DNA from: Octopus bimaculoides
Taxonomy: Eukaryota
Assembly: GCF_001194135.2 (NCBI RefSeq)
Contig: NC_068981.1
Location: 179,269,874 to 179,328,514 of the forward strand
Reading direction: 5' to 3'
DNA length: 58,641 nucleotides
Shown here: positions 38,000-49,764 of the stretch, one piece after another
How positions within the stretch are numbered: the first letter of the stretch is position 1
How the letters are laid out: every line of letters starts with the position of its first letter
Notes under the pieces: generated by a model
Database searches by the model: none
Seen by the model: only the letters and a program-made list of their open reading frames with translations
Told to the model about the DNA's origin: nothing
Translations under genes and position numbers: made by a program

Positions 38000-40445
38000 T
38001 CTTTTAAAAAATGGATAAGTAATGTGTAATCCTTAATAGGAAAGAGACTTTCGAGGGCTGCTCATGGAAAAACCCCATAGAAACCATGGATACCCTGACT
38101 TTCAGGGTAGGTGCCACTTTTTCATTTCGTTTCCTCTTTCCAACTACAGGCCTATGCTCAGGGCAGGCCCGTTCACTCGGACCATTCTCATCACTTTCAT
38201 CCACATTTCGGCAAACTGATTAGAACAACTCTTCCCTCTCTACCCTTATTTTCCTTTTCAAGTGAAACTTGAGGAAGTTCGTCAGTGATTGACCAAAGAA
38301 AAAAGTGTTTGTCTTCAGCCCCTTTGATCTCGCCCAGAACACAACTTCTTTCGCCTGGTTAAAGGAATGCGGTGGGTCTATCTTCACGATAGATTCAGTT
38401 GATAACCGGATCCGCCCCACATGCGACAGCAGGTGTTCGACATAAATCCACAGGTCAGCAACTCTCGGGCACTGGACGAGTGCATGCAGGACCGTCTCGT
38501 CGTCCTTCGCGCATCTCGGACATGCTCGGCTGACGGCACTTCCGTGCCTGTAAAGTTTGTCTCGAAGAAGCAAACCTCCCTGGTAGCACTGCCAGGCCAG
38601 AGATTTTTGGAAATTATCCATAGGTTCCGAAAGTTCTCCGGAGAAGAGCGAGTAACCGATCTTCTTCGACGCCCAAGGTCTTCCTAAGAACGTCGTCGCA
38701 CTTTTCCTCTACTAATCCTCTATAAAATGCTAAAGTGGTTGTTCCACCTATCGCACTGTACGATTGGCTGAAGGCTGCGAGCGCTTGAAGACTTTTCACT
38801 TTCCAAAATCTCCCCCTCGGTCTCTGTTTTACCCAGGACTGCAGCTTCGTTAAGGAAAAGGGCTGCGGTAATACGTGTCTGGCGAATGGTGACCACTCCT
38901 GTTCACCGTCAAGGAAGCACTGTGCATGTCGTAGCCTCAGCACATATCTGCGCATCATCAACCACGGTATACCCAGTCTACCACACAGCCGGTTCTGATA
39001 GCAGACGGCCCACCTGACCATCTGGACGCGTTCCTTCCACGAGAAGCAGAAGAGCATACGCTCCAGCGTCATCAGATGGTGGCCAGGACAAGGCACGGCA
39101 GTCAAACGATAGTAGACGACGGACGCGATGTACGCGACCTTTCAGAGACAGCTTTCTCTCAGCCCTAAATTTTTGGCCTTGTGCCTAGAGTAGAAAAGAA
39201 TGTTACTGTCTTTAATTTGTGCTTACTGTGGTTGTGTGTGGAATGGCTTGTGTTTCAGCTATTAGAGGTGGTGGTGTCGATGCAGTGTTTGTTTTGGGCG
39301 TGTTTGTTTTTGTTGTTTGTAGTTATTTCCTTTCCACTTCTTGTGTGAATGAAGATTGTTGTTGTTTGTCCATGTGTTTATTTTTCCTTTTATGTTTTTT
39401 TTTTTTTTTTTTGCTTTTAACTGCCAGTCTTCATCGCGGTCCAGCTCTCTGCATCGGAACAGGAACAAAGGACGCTGAGAAGTGTTTGGGTGAACTCGGT
39501 GTCGGTATGGTTGTTGGTGTCAGTTGTGCTACGGCTGAATCTGCTGATGGTGATGGTGATGGTGCTGCTTCTGTTGTCGCTGGAGTTCTGGTGGCCGTTG
39601 TTAGTGTAGAGCGGGAAGGTGCCCGTCTCTCTTTTCCGTTTTGTTTGGGGTAGTCGACTTTTAAATGCTTAGGGGAAAAGCAAAGGTGGCACTTTGCTTT
39701 TCTTCCATCAACCTTGACGGGAATTATGCTGCCTCCAGGAAGAATGGTCTGGTCTGGGATGAGATCCAAATTATTTGTGTTGTTTGAATGAGTTCTACGA
39801 TCATCCCAGACCAGTTTCCCTTTTAGATCTTTTAATCTTCAAGGATTTTCGAGTTTTCTTCGATGTCTGTCATCACTGCCGCAATTAACCAAGGAATGGC
39901 TATTTCTAGCGGCACCCGCTGCATTATAATTTTGGCCAGTCTCTGACCGCAGTAGTAAGGGACTACCAACAACTCCTCGCTTTTGAGGGGATTCAGAGGG
40001 TGATGTTTGGCCTCTTCCTCGGTGTGGAATCGAACGTCCACTATTCCATAGGCCTTTCTTCTTTGTATACGTTCCTTTTTATTCCAGACGGGAACCTAAA
40101 GTTTGTTGTATTTGAGTCTCAGCGGCTCTTTCCAGCCTCCTTAACTGTACGGTACGTCACTGTATGGCGTATCGTTGCTTGGTTTGTCTCAGTTGGGGTA
40201 TTCAACTTTGCAGCTAGTCCATCTCTCTCGACTAGCTGTCTAGCATTGTTCAGTTCTTGTTCTGAGAATTATATTCTCCGAAGAGATGATTTAGCTACTC
40301 CAGCAAAAGAAAGCTTTGAAAGGCTGTTCCAAGCCGTTGTACTCGGTTGAATCTCAGCTTCGTCATTGTCTTTGTCATTGTTGTTGTTGCTTCCGTTGCT
40401 GCCGCTGTTGGTTTGGTTGTTGCTGTTGGAATTTGAACTGAGAAC
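38000..40445 (-). mobile_element. Tx1/L1-like LINE: ORF1 remnant fused to post-RT ORF2; endonuclease and RT deleted
   Basis: ORF1 has KCHLCFSPKHLKVDY knuckle-like motif (39431-39769); ORF2 C-terminus has CPRCAKDDETVLHALVQCPRVADLW (zf-RVT-like); no APE or YADD motif between them. Confidence 0.8.
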
Positions 40446-40484
40446 CTAAGGAAATGCTGCTAGTTATTTTATCAGCTCACTGTC

Positions 40485-40544
<60 letters not shown>

Positions 40545-40547
<3 letters not shown>

Positions 40548-40868
40548 GAAAAACTTTCAAAATACAAAGACCTGGAAATAGAGATAACTCGAATGTGGAA
40601 TCTAAAAACAGAAACAATTCCTATCATAGTAGGTGCCTTAGCTATAATAAAAAAATATTCAGACAAATACATAACAAAAACACCAGGACTTACAAATATA
40701 TATAACATACAGAAAATTGCACTACTGGGTACTGCACACATTCTACGCAAAACACTTTCAATACAGTAAACATAAGAGCACCACAGCAAACCACAGCACA
40801 TACCCAAGGCGCACAGAGCTGCGCTCGGTAGTGAAGTGAAAGCACGTTATAAAAATAAAACTACTGAA
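40545..40868 (+). mobile_element. R4/Dong-type LINE 3' end with 3'UTR, between (TAA)n tracts
   Basis: EKLSKYKDLEIEITRMWNLKTETIPIIVGAL...QKIALLGTAHILRK*. Confidence 0.88.
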
Positions 40869-40956
40869 TAATGATAATAATAATAGTAGTAGTAGTAGTA
40901 GTAGTAGTAATAACAATAATAATTTTTGAAGTTTTTATGAAGCCATATTAATAATG

Positions 40957-40988
<32 letters not shown>

Positions 40989-43083
40989 TTTTGAAGTTTT
41001 TGTGAAGCCATATTATTACGTTTTTTAGTTTTCACTTCATATCATACTTGTCTTTTTTGGTATTATTGTTTAGCTACAGATCACTGTCGATAGATTATAC
41101 GTAGGATTAACAGTTCTAGAACCGTCACTTATCTGGGCGTATGGTGGGGGTGGGATGTGAAAAATCAGTGATAGCAAGGGCCACAATATCTTTCGTATTC
41201 TCATTTTCAAAGAAGTCATGTTTTGATTCCATAGAGCTTTGACAGTTATTTATAGAGGGTCGAGCAACTACGTCGAGGGTCCTATGATGGATCTGAGACA
41301 TAACGTTGCGCCTACGATTTTCGAACTTACCAATATAAACTTCACAAGATGCGCCATGTGCAAACATTCGTTATACTTATTTGATGATAGAATTAATGTA
41401 AAGATCCTTCTCTCACACTCCAATTAATAACTAGTTACTGACTTCTGAGAAACTGTGATATCAAAGAACAGAATTCCAGTTGATCTCATGCTATATTACT
41501 GATCTGAGAGAAATAGAGCAATAATGCATATCCCGGTTTTCTATATGCCCGGATATTCCTCAGTCATACTAATATTTACTGTTCAAAGGTGACTCATTTG
41601 AGTTATCTCTTGGCAGCCGCTGGTAATGGAAATATCACAGAGCTTAAACATTTTGTTGATTACCTGCTTTGTTTGTTATGATAGAGACTTATATATTCAT
41701 ACGTGGATGATATTTTGTACGTTACCGAAATCTAATTGCAGATCGAAAACTGCAGACGATTGCCGTTCTTAATGATAAAAAAGGAGAAACAAAATTTAAA
41801 ACAAAATCAAACATGCATTATGCTAGTTGTACTCTTGATGAAAAAGAAATAGTAAGTCTAAATCTGTAAGTGAGCAATAATATGACAGTAAAGTTAGGAC
41901 AAAATAGAAGCGCTAGAGTTAAATAAAAAGATACCAACTACAAAATACACTCACTCACTCAGACATACAGACACACATCAAATACACTTGTGTGCAAACA
42001 CAAGCGCACATACATATACGCATGTTTTATTTTCTTTGTGTGCACGAGTTTCTACAATTTTAGTTTCCTTATTTGAATTTTTATCAGCTATGTTATAGGT
42101 TACCTTCAAAACTAAACGGCAAAAAATTGTATTTACTTATTTATCTATCTACCATCCACACAAAACACACAACCAAGCACATGTATGTATATAGACACGC
42201 ATACACATATATCGGGATATACAGAAACACAATTTCATACACAAAAGAAAAAAAACATGAAAAGTGTTACAGCGTTATTGTGTGTATTAATTTCTGGCGG
42301 TTATTTCAGCCAGTCGTTTGTAGACAGGTATTATGGATACTAATGGTTATTTTGTTCTCTGAAAATGATACTGCCTTTGATTATTTCTATGGAACATCAA
42401 AGTTAGTATCTATTATCTGAATATAGATAGTTAAAGGAGGAAAAAAAAAGAGCAAAGAAATATTGCTGAATAAGACGAAAGCAAAACGATGGAAGTGAAA
42501 ACTATTTCGTTATCTATTGAAAAAAAGAAAAAGAAAAAAAAGGAAAAAGACACCAATTTATTTCCCTGTGTGTGAAGAATTCCGTCTGTTTTTCTGGAGT
42601 GATCTGAATCTTTGAAATAGTGGAGAGAAGTTTCACTACAATGCTCAGTGGACTGCTATTATCACAAACTGTAGTTGAAATGTAGTTGAAATATATATAT
42701 ATATATANNNNNNNNNNNNNNNNNNNNNNNNNNNNNNNNNNNNNNNNNNNNNNNNNNNNNNNNNNNNNNNNNNNNNNNNNNNNNNNNNNNNNNNNNNNNN
42801 NNNNNNNNNNNNNNNNNNNNNNNNNNNNNNNNNNNNNNNNNNNNNNNNNNNNNNNNNNNNNNNNNNNNNNNNNNNNNNNNNNNNNNNNNNNNNNNNNNNN
42901 NNNNNNNNNNNNNNNNNNNNNNNNNNNNNNNNNNNNNNNNNNNNNNNNNNNNNNNNNNNNNNNNNNNNNNNNNNNNNNNNNNNNNNNNNNNNNNNNNNNN
43001 NNNNNNNNNNNNNNNNNNNNNNNNNNNNNNNNNNNNNNNNNNNNNNNNNNNNNNNNNNNNNNNNNNNNNNNNNNNNNNNNNNN

Positions 43084-43121
<38 letters not shown>

Positions 43122-43279
43122 ACATATCTATATGGTTGTATACGTGCGAGTCTGTGCGTTTGTGTGCATGTGTGTGTGTGTGCATGCGCGCGCGTGTGCG
43201 TGCTTGTTTGTGTGCGCACATATGCAAAAATGCATGCACTCATAAGGAAATGGATCTCCGGTGGTTTTGACGATAAGTA

Positions 43280-43660
43280 TTGAGTTTTTCCGATTAGCAG
43301 GGCTGAATGTTCTGCTGACACATGCACTCTTAACGTTTTCAAAGGCGTAATAAGCGTAACACATTTTGCAGAAGGCTTCAATTATTGGCATACTCCATAC
43401 GACAGGCTTCTACTCAGTAACCGATTTGTTGAAGAATTCTGTTTGCCATCACAAAGTTCCGAGTTCCATTACATTGCGTGCTAGTTTGAGCAAGTGCTAT
43501 GTAGCTGTTATGTCTCAACGCTACTGCTGTCTAGCACCTTCGGATGATCTCTATTCAACCGCTACACAACTGCTACTCAACACCTCTACCACGGCCAAAC
43601 TACCTTTATATATATGTCTTGGGAGATCCTATTTCTTGGCCTGGGGGCGTCGACACAACA
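43280..43660 (-). mobile_element. Solo-LTR-like repeat, copy 1
   Basis: Minus strand starts TGTTGTGTCGACGCCCCCAG, 20 bp identical to 47115-47134; TATA-like TATATATAAAGG; further shared blocks downstream. Confidence 0.4.
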
Positions 43661-43719
43661 GTAGCATAGCCTGTAGTCGCGAAAAAAGGTCTGGACCATT
43701 CCAACTGCTCTTTCAGTTC

Positions 43720-44332
43720 ATTACACGCATTAAATCGTGACTTCTTTTAATCTACCGTGAGTATGTGAGGCACAGATTTTGCTGCAACTCTTTTCATTCG
43801 CAATTCTTCGCTAAAAATTCCTTGACAGGAGCTCCAGATCACACAGGTCATATCAACATGTGAGTCAATTTTTCGGAGATGGTCCTCTAAGATCAGTTCA
43901 TGAATTTTCGTGGTGTTTTCATTCGGAAGGACGATGGTTGTTCTGAACGCGGTTGGTCATCAAGCGTCAAGTGACTCTTCCTAATTCGTAGAAACCAGTC
44001 GTAAACTTGTGTTTTCCTCCTGGTACAGCGTCTTTGTAACCTGTCTGAAGCATGACAGTTGTTTTTCACCGCCGTTTTCCCCAGCAGAAAACAAAATTTC
44101 ACGGAAGCACGCTGGTCCTTCGTTTCAGCCATCGCAAAAATCGACGAACAGTGGCGGGGGGAATCACTGCAAAGCAAAACGCTCATCGTGGCAGGTACGA
44201 TTTCACTTGACAATGCCGGTCGGCGTGCTGATACCTGAGGGTAGTATCAAGTGACCTCTGGTGGTGTAAGCCTGAACTACAACGGGCTTGTCCCACAGAG
44301 AACATCTCCGGTTATTTTTGGGTACATCCTTG
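43720..44332 (-). mobile_element. mariner transposon 5' half (TIR plus transposase N-terminus)
   Basis: MAETKDQRASVKFCFLLGK..KTQVYDWF..LDDQPRS..; RMKRVAAKSVP; TA-CAAGGATGTACCCAAAAATAACCGG terminus. Confidence 0.85.
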
Positions 44333-44334
44333 TA

Positions 44335-44378
<44 letters not shown>

Positions 44379-44454
44379 ATAATATATATATATATGCATA
44401 TATACATACATATATCTACATACCTACATATATATGTATATATACATGCATATA

Positions 44455-45232
44455 TGGGTACAGGACGTCAAAAAAACTTGAACAAAATGAAGAACGAGAA
44501 CATTAAAAAACAAAAGCATGGAAGACGAACTTTTTTCGAATAACGAAAGAAACAAATAGAGAAACGAGACAGGCAACATAAAGAACAATCCCTTTATCAG
44601 TTGACCCTTGTTTTATCTACTCCGCGTTTCGAATGTTGGGACAAAACACGACCTCGTTAAAACAGTCGTTCCCGTAAAGCAAATTAAATAAAATTTGGGA
44701 TTTGCAGAAGGTTAAAGTGGTAACTAAAAAAAAAAAAAAAAACCAGAACAGTAAGAGGAAAACAGTAAAGACAAACGGTAAGGGCTGTTAAGACATGACG
44801 AGGTGTAGTGGTGAACGCTGGAGAAACAAGCTTTGTCCGGAGACAAGCAAAAGTGTGTCTTGTCTCTTGTAAAGCAAGAGGAAAAAAGTAAGATAGCCGC
44901 TGGTCACATGTGAGCAACGAGAGAGTGAAGGAGGAAGAGTGAGGGAGAGAAAGAGAATGGTGAATGGAGAGGAGAAAAAAGACAGAAAGAAAGAAAAATA
45001 ATAAAAGGAGAATTGAGATAGCTGTAGAGTGCGCATATATGGGTACAGGACGTCAAAAAACGTGAACAAAATGAAATACGAAACAACTAATGAAGGGATT
45101 GTTCTTTATGTTGCTATCTCAATTCTCTATTTGTTTCTTTCGTTGTTCGAAATGAGTTGGTTTTCTATGTTTTTGTGTTTTTTTATGAATCGCTTTTCAT
45201 TTTGTTCACATTTTTTTTTACTTCCGTACCCA
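44455..45232 (+). mobile_element. Family P copy followed by a fold-back partial copy
   Basis: 44455-45037 direct; 45040-45085 restarts the terminus; 45086-45232 is the reverse complement of 44455-44600. Confidence 0.8.
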
Positions 45233-45272
45233 TTTACCCATTACTCATGTTCTCATACTGAATATATTTGAC

Positions 45273-45643
45273 GCAGTAAATATTTTCTGCGGATATATTC
45301 CTGGAATTAGCGCGCCAAAACGAAGACTTTTGAATTTTACCATTAAGCTGTAATTAGCAGAACCATATGCACGCGCACACATGGCGGTGGGCAACTATGT
45401 ATAGGATTATGATAATTGCTGCTACATTACAAATCAGGCTGATGCGGAATAGACAAATGGTAAGAATTTGTTAAATCCGAAACCTGGTTCCTGTTTAATA
45501 ATGATTTTTTTAGGTGATTTTAAATGTCTTTCACGCCCACGTTTTTGGTATGCTGCTATATTTCATGTTGAGAACTTTTTAGGTCTTAATAGACACAAGA
45601 TGTGATCTATTTCTAGCGCATTAATTGTCCACGTTAGTGGTCA
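45273..45643 (+). mobile_element. Diverged relative of the 18078-18521 pLTR monomer
   Basis: Colinear shared blocks: GCAGT..TATT.TCTGC, CTGGAATT.GCGC, CTTTTGAA, TTTCTAGC, TGTCCAC.TTAGTGGTCA; HHR at the homologous position. Confidence 0.65.
45431..45496 (+). ncRNA. Minimal type-I hammerhead ribozyme motif with one core substitution (A9C)
   Basis: CAGG-CUGAUGC-GGA..ACAAAU/AUUUGU..UCC-GAAAC-CUG-GUU^CCUG. Confidence 0.7.
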
Positions 45644-46613
45644 ACGTTATTTTTTAAAATATATACATATATATGTAGTTATGTACATATGTGTGTATAT
45701 AAGCATATATATATATTATTTATATTATTATATGATCTAACCCCACGCATCCATTTCCAAGTATATATATATATATGTATTTATTTTCTCCAAGTAATAA
45801 ATAACTCGGATAAAATAAATTGGTTAATAGATACCGGGGTAGCAAAGATCACAGTCGTGTGTCGATAAGCCAGCTGGAGGAGATGTCCTCCTGGGGCTAA
45901 AAGCAACAGTAACATCCACCCCTAGGGGTCAGCCACACTTAAGTGGCAATATACTACACTTTATCGTGCAGTTACTGTTAATACTTCATTTAGAGAATTA
46001 ACATTGCTTGTTTTCACCTTTTCGATATCAGTGAAGAATTTCACTTGAAAAGAAGATATAAGATTGCCAGGTTTTTGTCTCTCTCACCAGGGTCAGCGGT
46101 TATCGGACGCCGACGAAGGGAAATAACCCTGAAATCCGGATCCGTTCGTGCNNNNNNNNNNNNNNNNNNNNNNNNNNNNNNNNNNNNNNNNNNNNNNNNN
46201 NNNNNNNNNNNNNNNNNNNNNNNNNNNNNNNNNNNNNNNNNNNNNNNNNNNNNNNNNNNNNNNNNNNNNNNNNNNNNNNNNNNNNNNNNNNNNNNNNNNN
46301 NNNNNNNNNNNNNNNNNNNNNNNNNNNNNNNNNNNNNNNNNNNNNNNNNNNNNNNNNNNNNNNNNNNNNNNNNNNNNNNNNNNNNNNNNNNNNNNNNNNN
46401 NNNNNNNNNNNNNNNNNNNNNNNNNNNNNNNNNNNNNNNNNNNNNNNNNNNNNNNNNNNNNNNNNNNNNNNNNNNNNNNNNNNNNNNNNNNNNNNNNNNN
46501 NNNNNNNNNNNNNNNNNNNNNNNNNNNNNNNNNNNNNNNNNNNNNNNNNNNNNNNNNNNNNNNNNNNNNNNNNNNNNNNNNNNNNNNNNNNNNNNNNNNN
46601 NNNNNNNNNNNNN

Positions 46614-46650
<37 letters not shown>

Positions 46651-46899
46651 GTATATGTGTGTGTGTGTAAGTATGTATGTATGTATGTATGTATACACAC
46701 ATACGCATATATATATGCATATATGTAAATATGTATACATATGCGTTTATATACGTATATCTATGAATATATATATACATATACATATTTATATATACGA
46801 GTGCGTGCGCTTGTGTGTACGTTTTTGTGTGTATCGTGCCAAGTACTCGGCCAAGGAATCGAATTAAAATGCAAATGCGATGTGCACTTAATCTACCAC

Positions 46900-47134
46900 T
46901 CCTTACTGATCCATTTGACCACCTAATAAAGCTCTTATTACCATTATTGAGTAATCCGTACACTTTTTGAAGAACATCACATGACGTAACTCTTCTTTTC
47001 GAATGACTTTCTGTAGAACTGTTATATCGCACTTTCGGATGACCTCTACTCAACTACCTCGACGTCTAGACTTCTCCCTCTATATCTACTTATTGGGCTA
47101 GCCTACGTCATCATCTGGGGGCGTCGACACAACA
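46900..47134 (-). mobile_element. Solo-LTR-like repeat, copy 2
   Basis: Same TGTTGTGTCGACGCCCCCAG start; GTCATCCGAAAGTGC vs ATCATCCGAAGGTGC in copy 1. Confidence 0.4.
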
Positions 47135-49079
47135 AGAACCAAAATCATAGAAGGGGAATTCATGACAACTTTTAAAATCCAAACGCCAATTTTCCTCAAA
47201 ACTTGTTGGCATTAGTCTCTTGCCATCGAAGGGCCCGGCTTTCTGTGTTGCATTTTGTTGATGAGTTATAGAGACAAACTCATAATATATCTCTTTTCAC
47301 GAACACAAGGTGCTACATGATACTTACACTTCAAGATATGACCATGTAAAGATAAGCTATGTCAGGAGTTTCAAGTAAGCGTTGGAGTCTGTATTCAGTT
47401 TGGACTTTCCATTTATCTTGCAGTAACATAAGAGAAGTGGAGATCATGCACTTCGTTTAAAAAACATCTGAACGCAACGAGATTGCTGTGGAAAGCCACA
47501 TTGCAAAAGAAGTATAATACTTAAAATAGAAAGACAGCACTATCAATTATTGTATGATGTATTTCAATGTAACAGTTGGAACTGAAATAAAACTATTTCA
47601 CTTACACATTACGCTGTATTTTTTATTTAATATGGATGTATGTACGTATGTATGTATGCATGTATGTATATATGTATGTATGTATTTATTTATGTTTTCC
47701 ACGTAGTGACAAGGTCAAAGAAGCTACGCCAGGCCAGTTCGAAGAAAGAACTTGAAAATTTTTGAGAGTGAGTACTTAATCTATTTTGAGAGTAGGTACT
47801 TAATCTATTATCATTAGACCAACAGGATATGTTTTTCTTTCACCTCTGCCTCTTCCTAATAACCATAAGCCTAACAAAAATATACTTTTTCGGATTAAGA
47901 ATTATCCCTTATATATGCACGTGCGCGCGTGCATGTGTGTGTGTGTGTGTGCATGTGTGTATGGGATATGTGTGTAACTCTATATATTAAACTTCTTTCA
48001 AGTTAATACCATTTTCTTGGGTTTTGATCTGTTGAGAAACACAGCTCTTTGATAGTAATTTGCTATTCCTCATGTACTGTGTTTCTTTCTGATGCCGAGG
48101 AAAGCATAATTTTCTCCGTCTCCCAGATTCACAATTCATTTCCTTAAGATTTTTTATAGATAAAGATAATGTTTGCTAAACAATAATTGTAATTTTTTCG
48201 CATAAAGGTAGGAAAATAAGTTTTGTTGGAAAACAAAGGATGACATGATTAATATATTTTATATCTTTTAGGCTTATACTATATAATAGAATTATTGTTG
48301 TTCATTCTGTGGAAAGCAAATACGAGTTAGGAGTGTTCATTTCAGAGAATGTAGTTTTCTTGTTTCTAACTGTGTTTGCTTTCAGATAGAAATATCAGTT
48401 CAAAGGTGAATAAAATTTTGAAGAATTTTTATTGGCGGACAGTTATAAATACTGGGCAGAAAAGAACAAAAACCAAAGGAGATAAATTTTTCCCTATTTT
48501 ATTCACTCTTGAACCGATTTGCTTTCTGCAACCAAGTAGTGCCAATAAATAACCAATGTTCTTTAAACCAAACACTCCTAACTCTAATCTGATTTCCATA
48601 AATACACAAATGTATTTCTACTATGAGTTTAGAGCAACATAGATTAACCATGGTGTTATTTGTTTGACGTTGAATTTTATTTTTCAAGTTTCCTAAACAA
48701 AACAAAGAGTTTGAAATTATATTTTCACCTATAAATATCAGGTAAGTAAATAACAAATCCGAACTATATAAACATTCATGTGGATTGGTGAAACTGTGTC
48801 TGGAAGCAAAAGGAAGAAAAAGAAAAAAAAAACATTGCTCAACGTACAAAAATGATTATGTATATTACATTTCAAGTAAATATGAAGCTTCTTGACGTGT
48901 AAGTTTCACGTTGCCGATTATTTGAACGATTGACGTTCAAATAACCGGCAAATAGCGTTCAAATAATTGACGATGACAATATGTTACCCAAAATATACCT
49001 AAACGCATAGAGGACAGATTAGTCATTCAGATTTGATTGATTGCCACATCATTTACCGATTCATCTGGAGTATATATAT

Positions 49080-49110
<31 letters not shown>

Positions 49111-49212
49111 NNNNNNNNNNNNNNNNNNNNNNNNNNNNNNNNNNNNNNNNNNNNNNNNNNNNNNNNNNNNNNNNNNNNNNNNNNNNNNNNNNNNNNNNNN
49201 NNNNNNNNNNNN

Positions 49213-49250
<38 letters not shown>

Positions 49251-49364
49251 CAGAGAAAAAGAGACAGAGGAAGAGAGACAGAGACACAGAGATAGGAAGA
49301 GAGAAAGAGAGGAACAAACTTATGTACGTGCTTTTGCGCGTCTTCATATATATATATATATAGG

Positions 49365-49750
49365 TATCTTAATATAAATTTCAGTGATGTTTGTCTGTTG
49401 CGGTTTTATGTTCGTTAATTCCTCCTAGATCGCTGGTGCAAGGACAACGAAACTCAAACCAGCAAATCCCCTAATCCCAGAGAATGTCCTAAGGGGGTCT
49501 TTTTTTAAGGGCTACCTAATTGCCCCCCACCTCTATTTTTTCTGCATTTTAGACTAAATACATGACATTGATGACAAAATAGGAGCAATGACTGTGAATT
49601 TTATAGTAAGGAGGTTCAATTTCTGAAGGGCCGCTTAAATGGAGCCCCACTGACATCCACCCTCTATTTTTACTGCACTTACCCCACTCCTTCGCTTATG
49701 AATTAAACTATGAACAACATCAGTGCTTAGCACATTTGCAGAACTAGAAA
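49365..49750 (+). mobile_element. Possible Helitron-like non-autonomous element
   Basis: ATCTTAATATAAA start, TGTTTGTCTG, AATTCCTCCTAGATCG; 3' end uncertain. Confidence 0.35.
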
Positions 49751-49764
49751 GTAACTGTCTGTCT

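Noticed and set aside
41331-41503. Minus-strand acceptor/GTAAGT pair and a YIGK-containing ORF
   Set aside because: Stops in all frames within the putative exon; GIY-YIG resemblance is too weak
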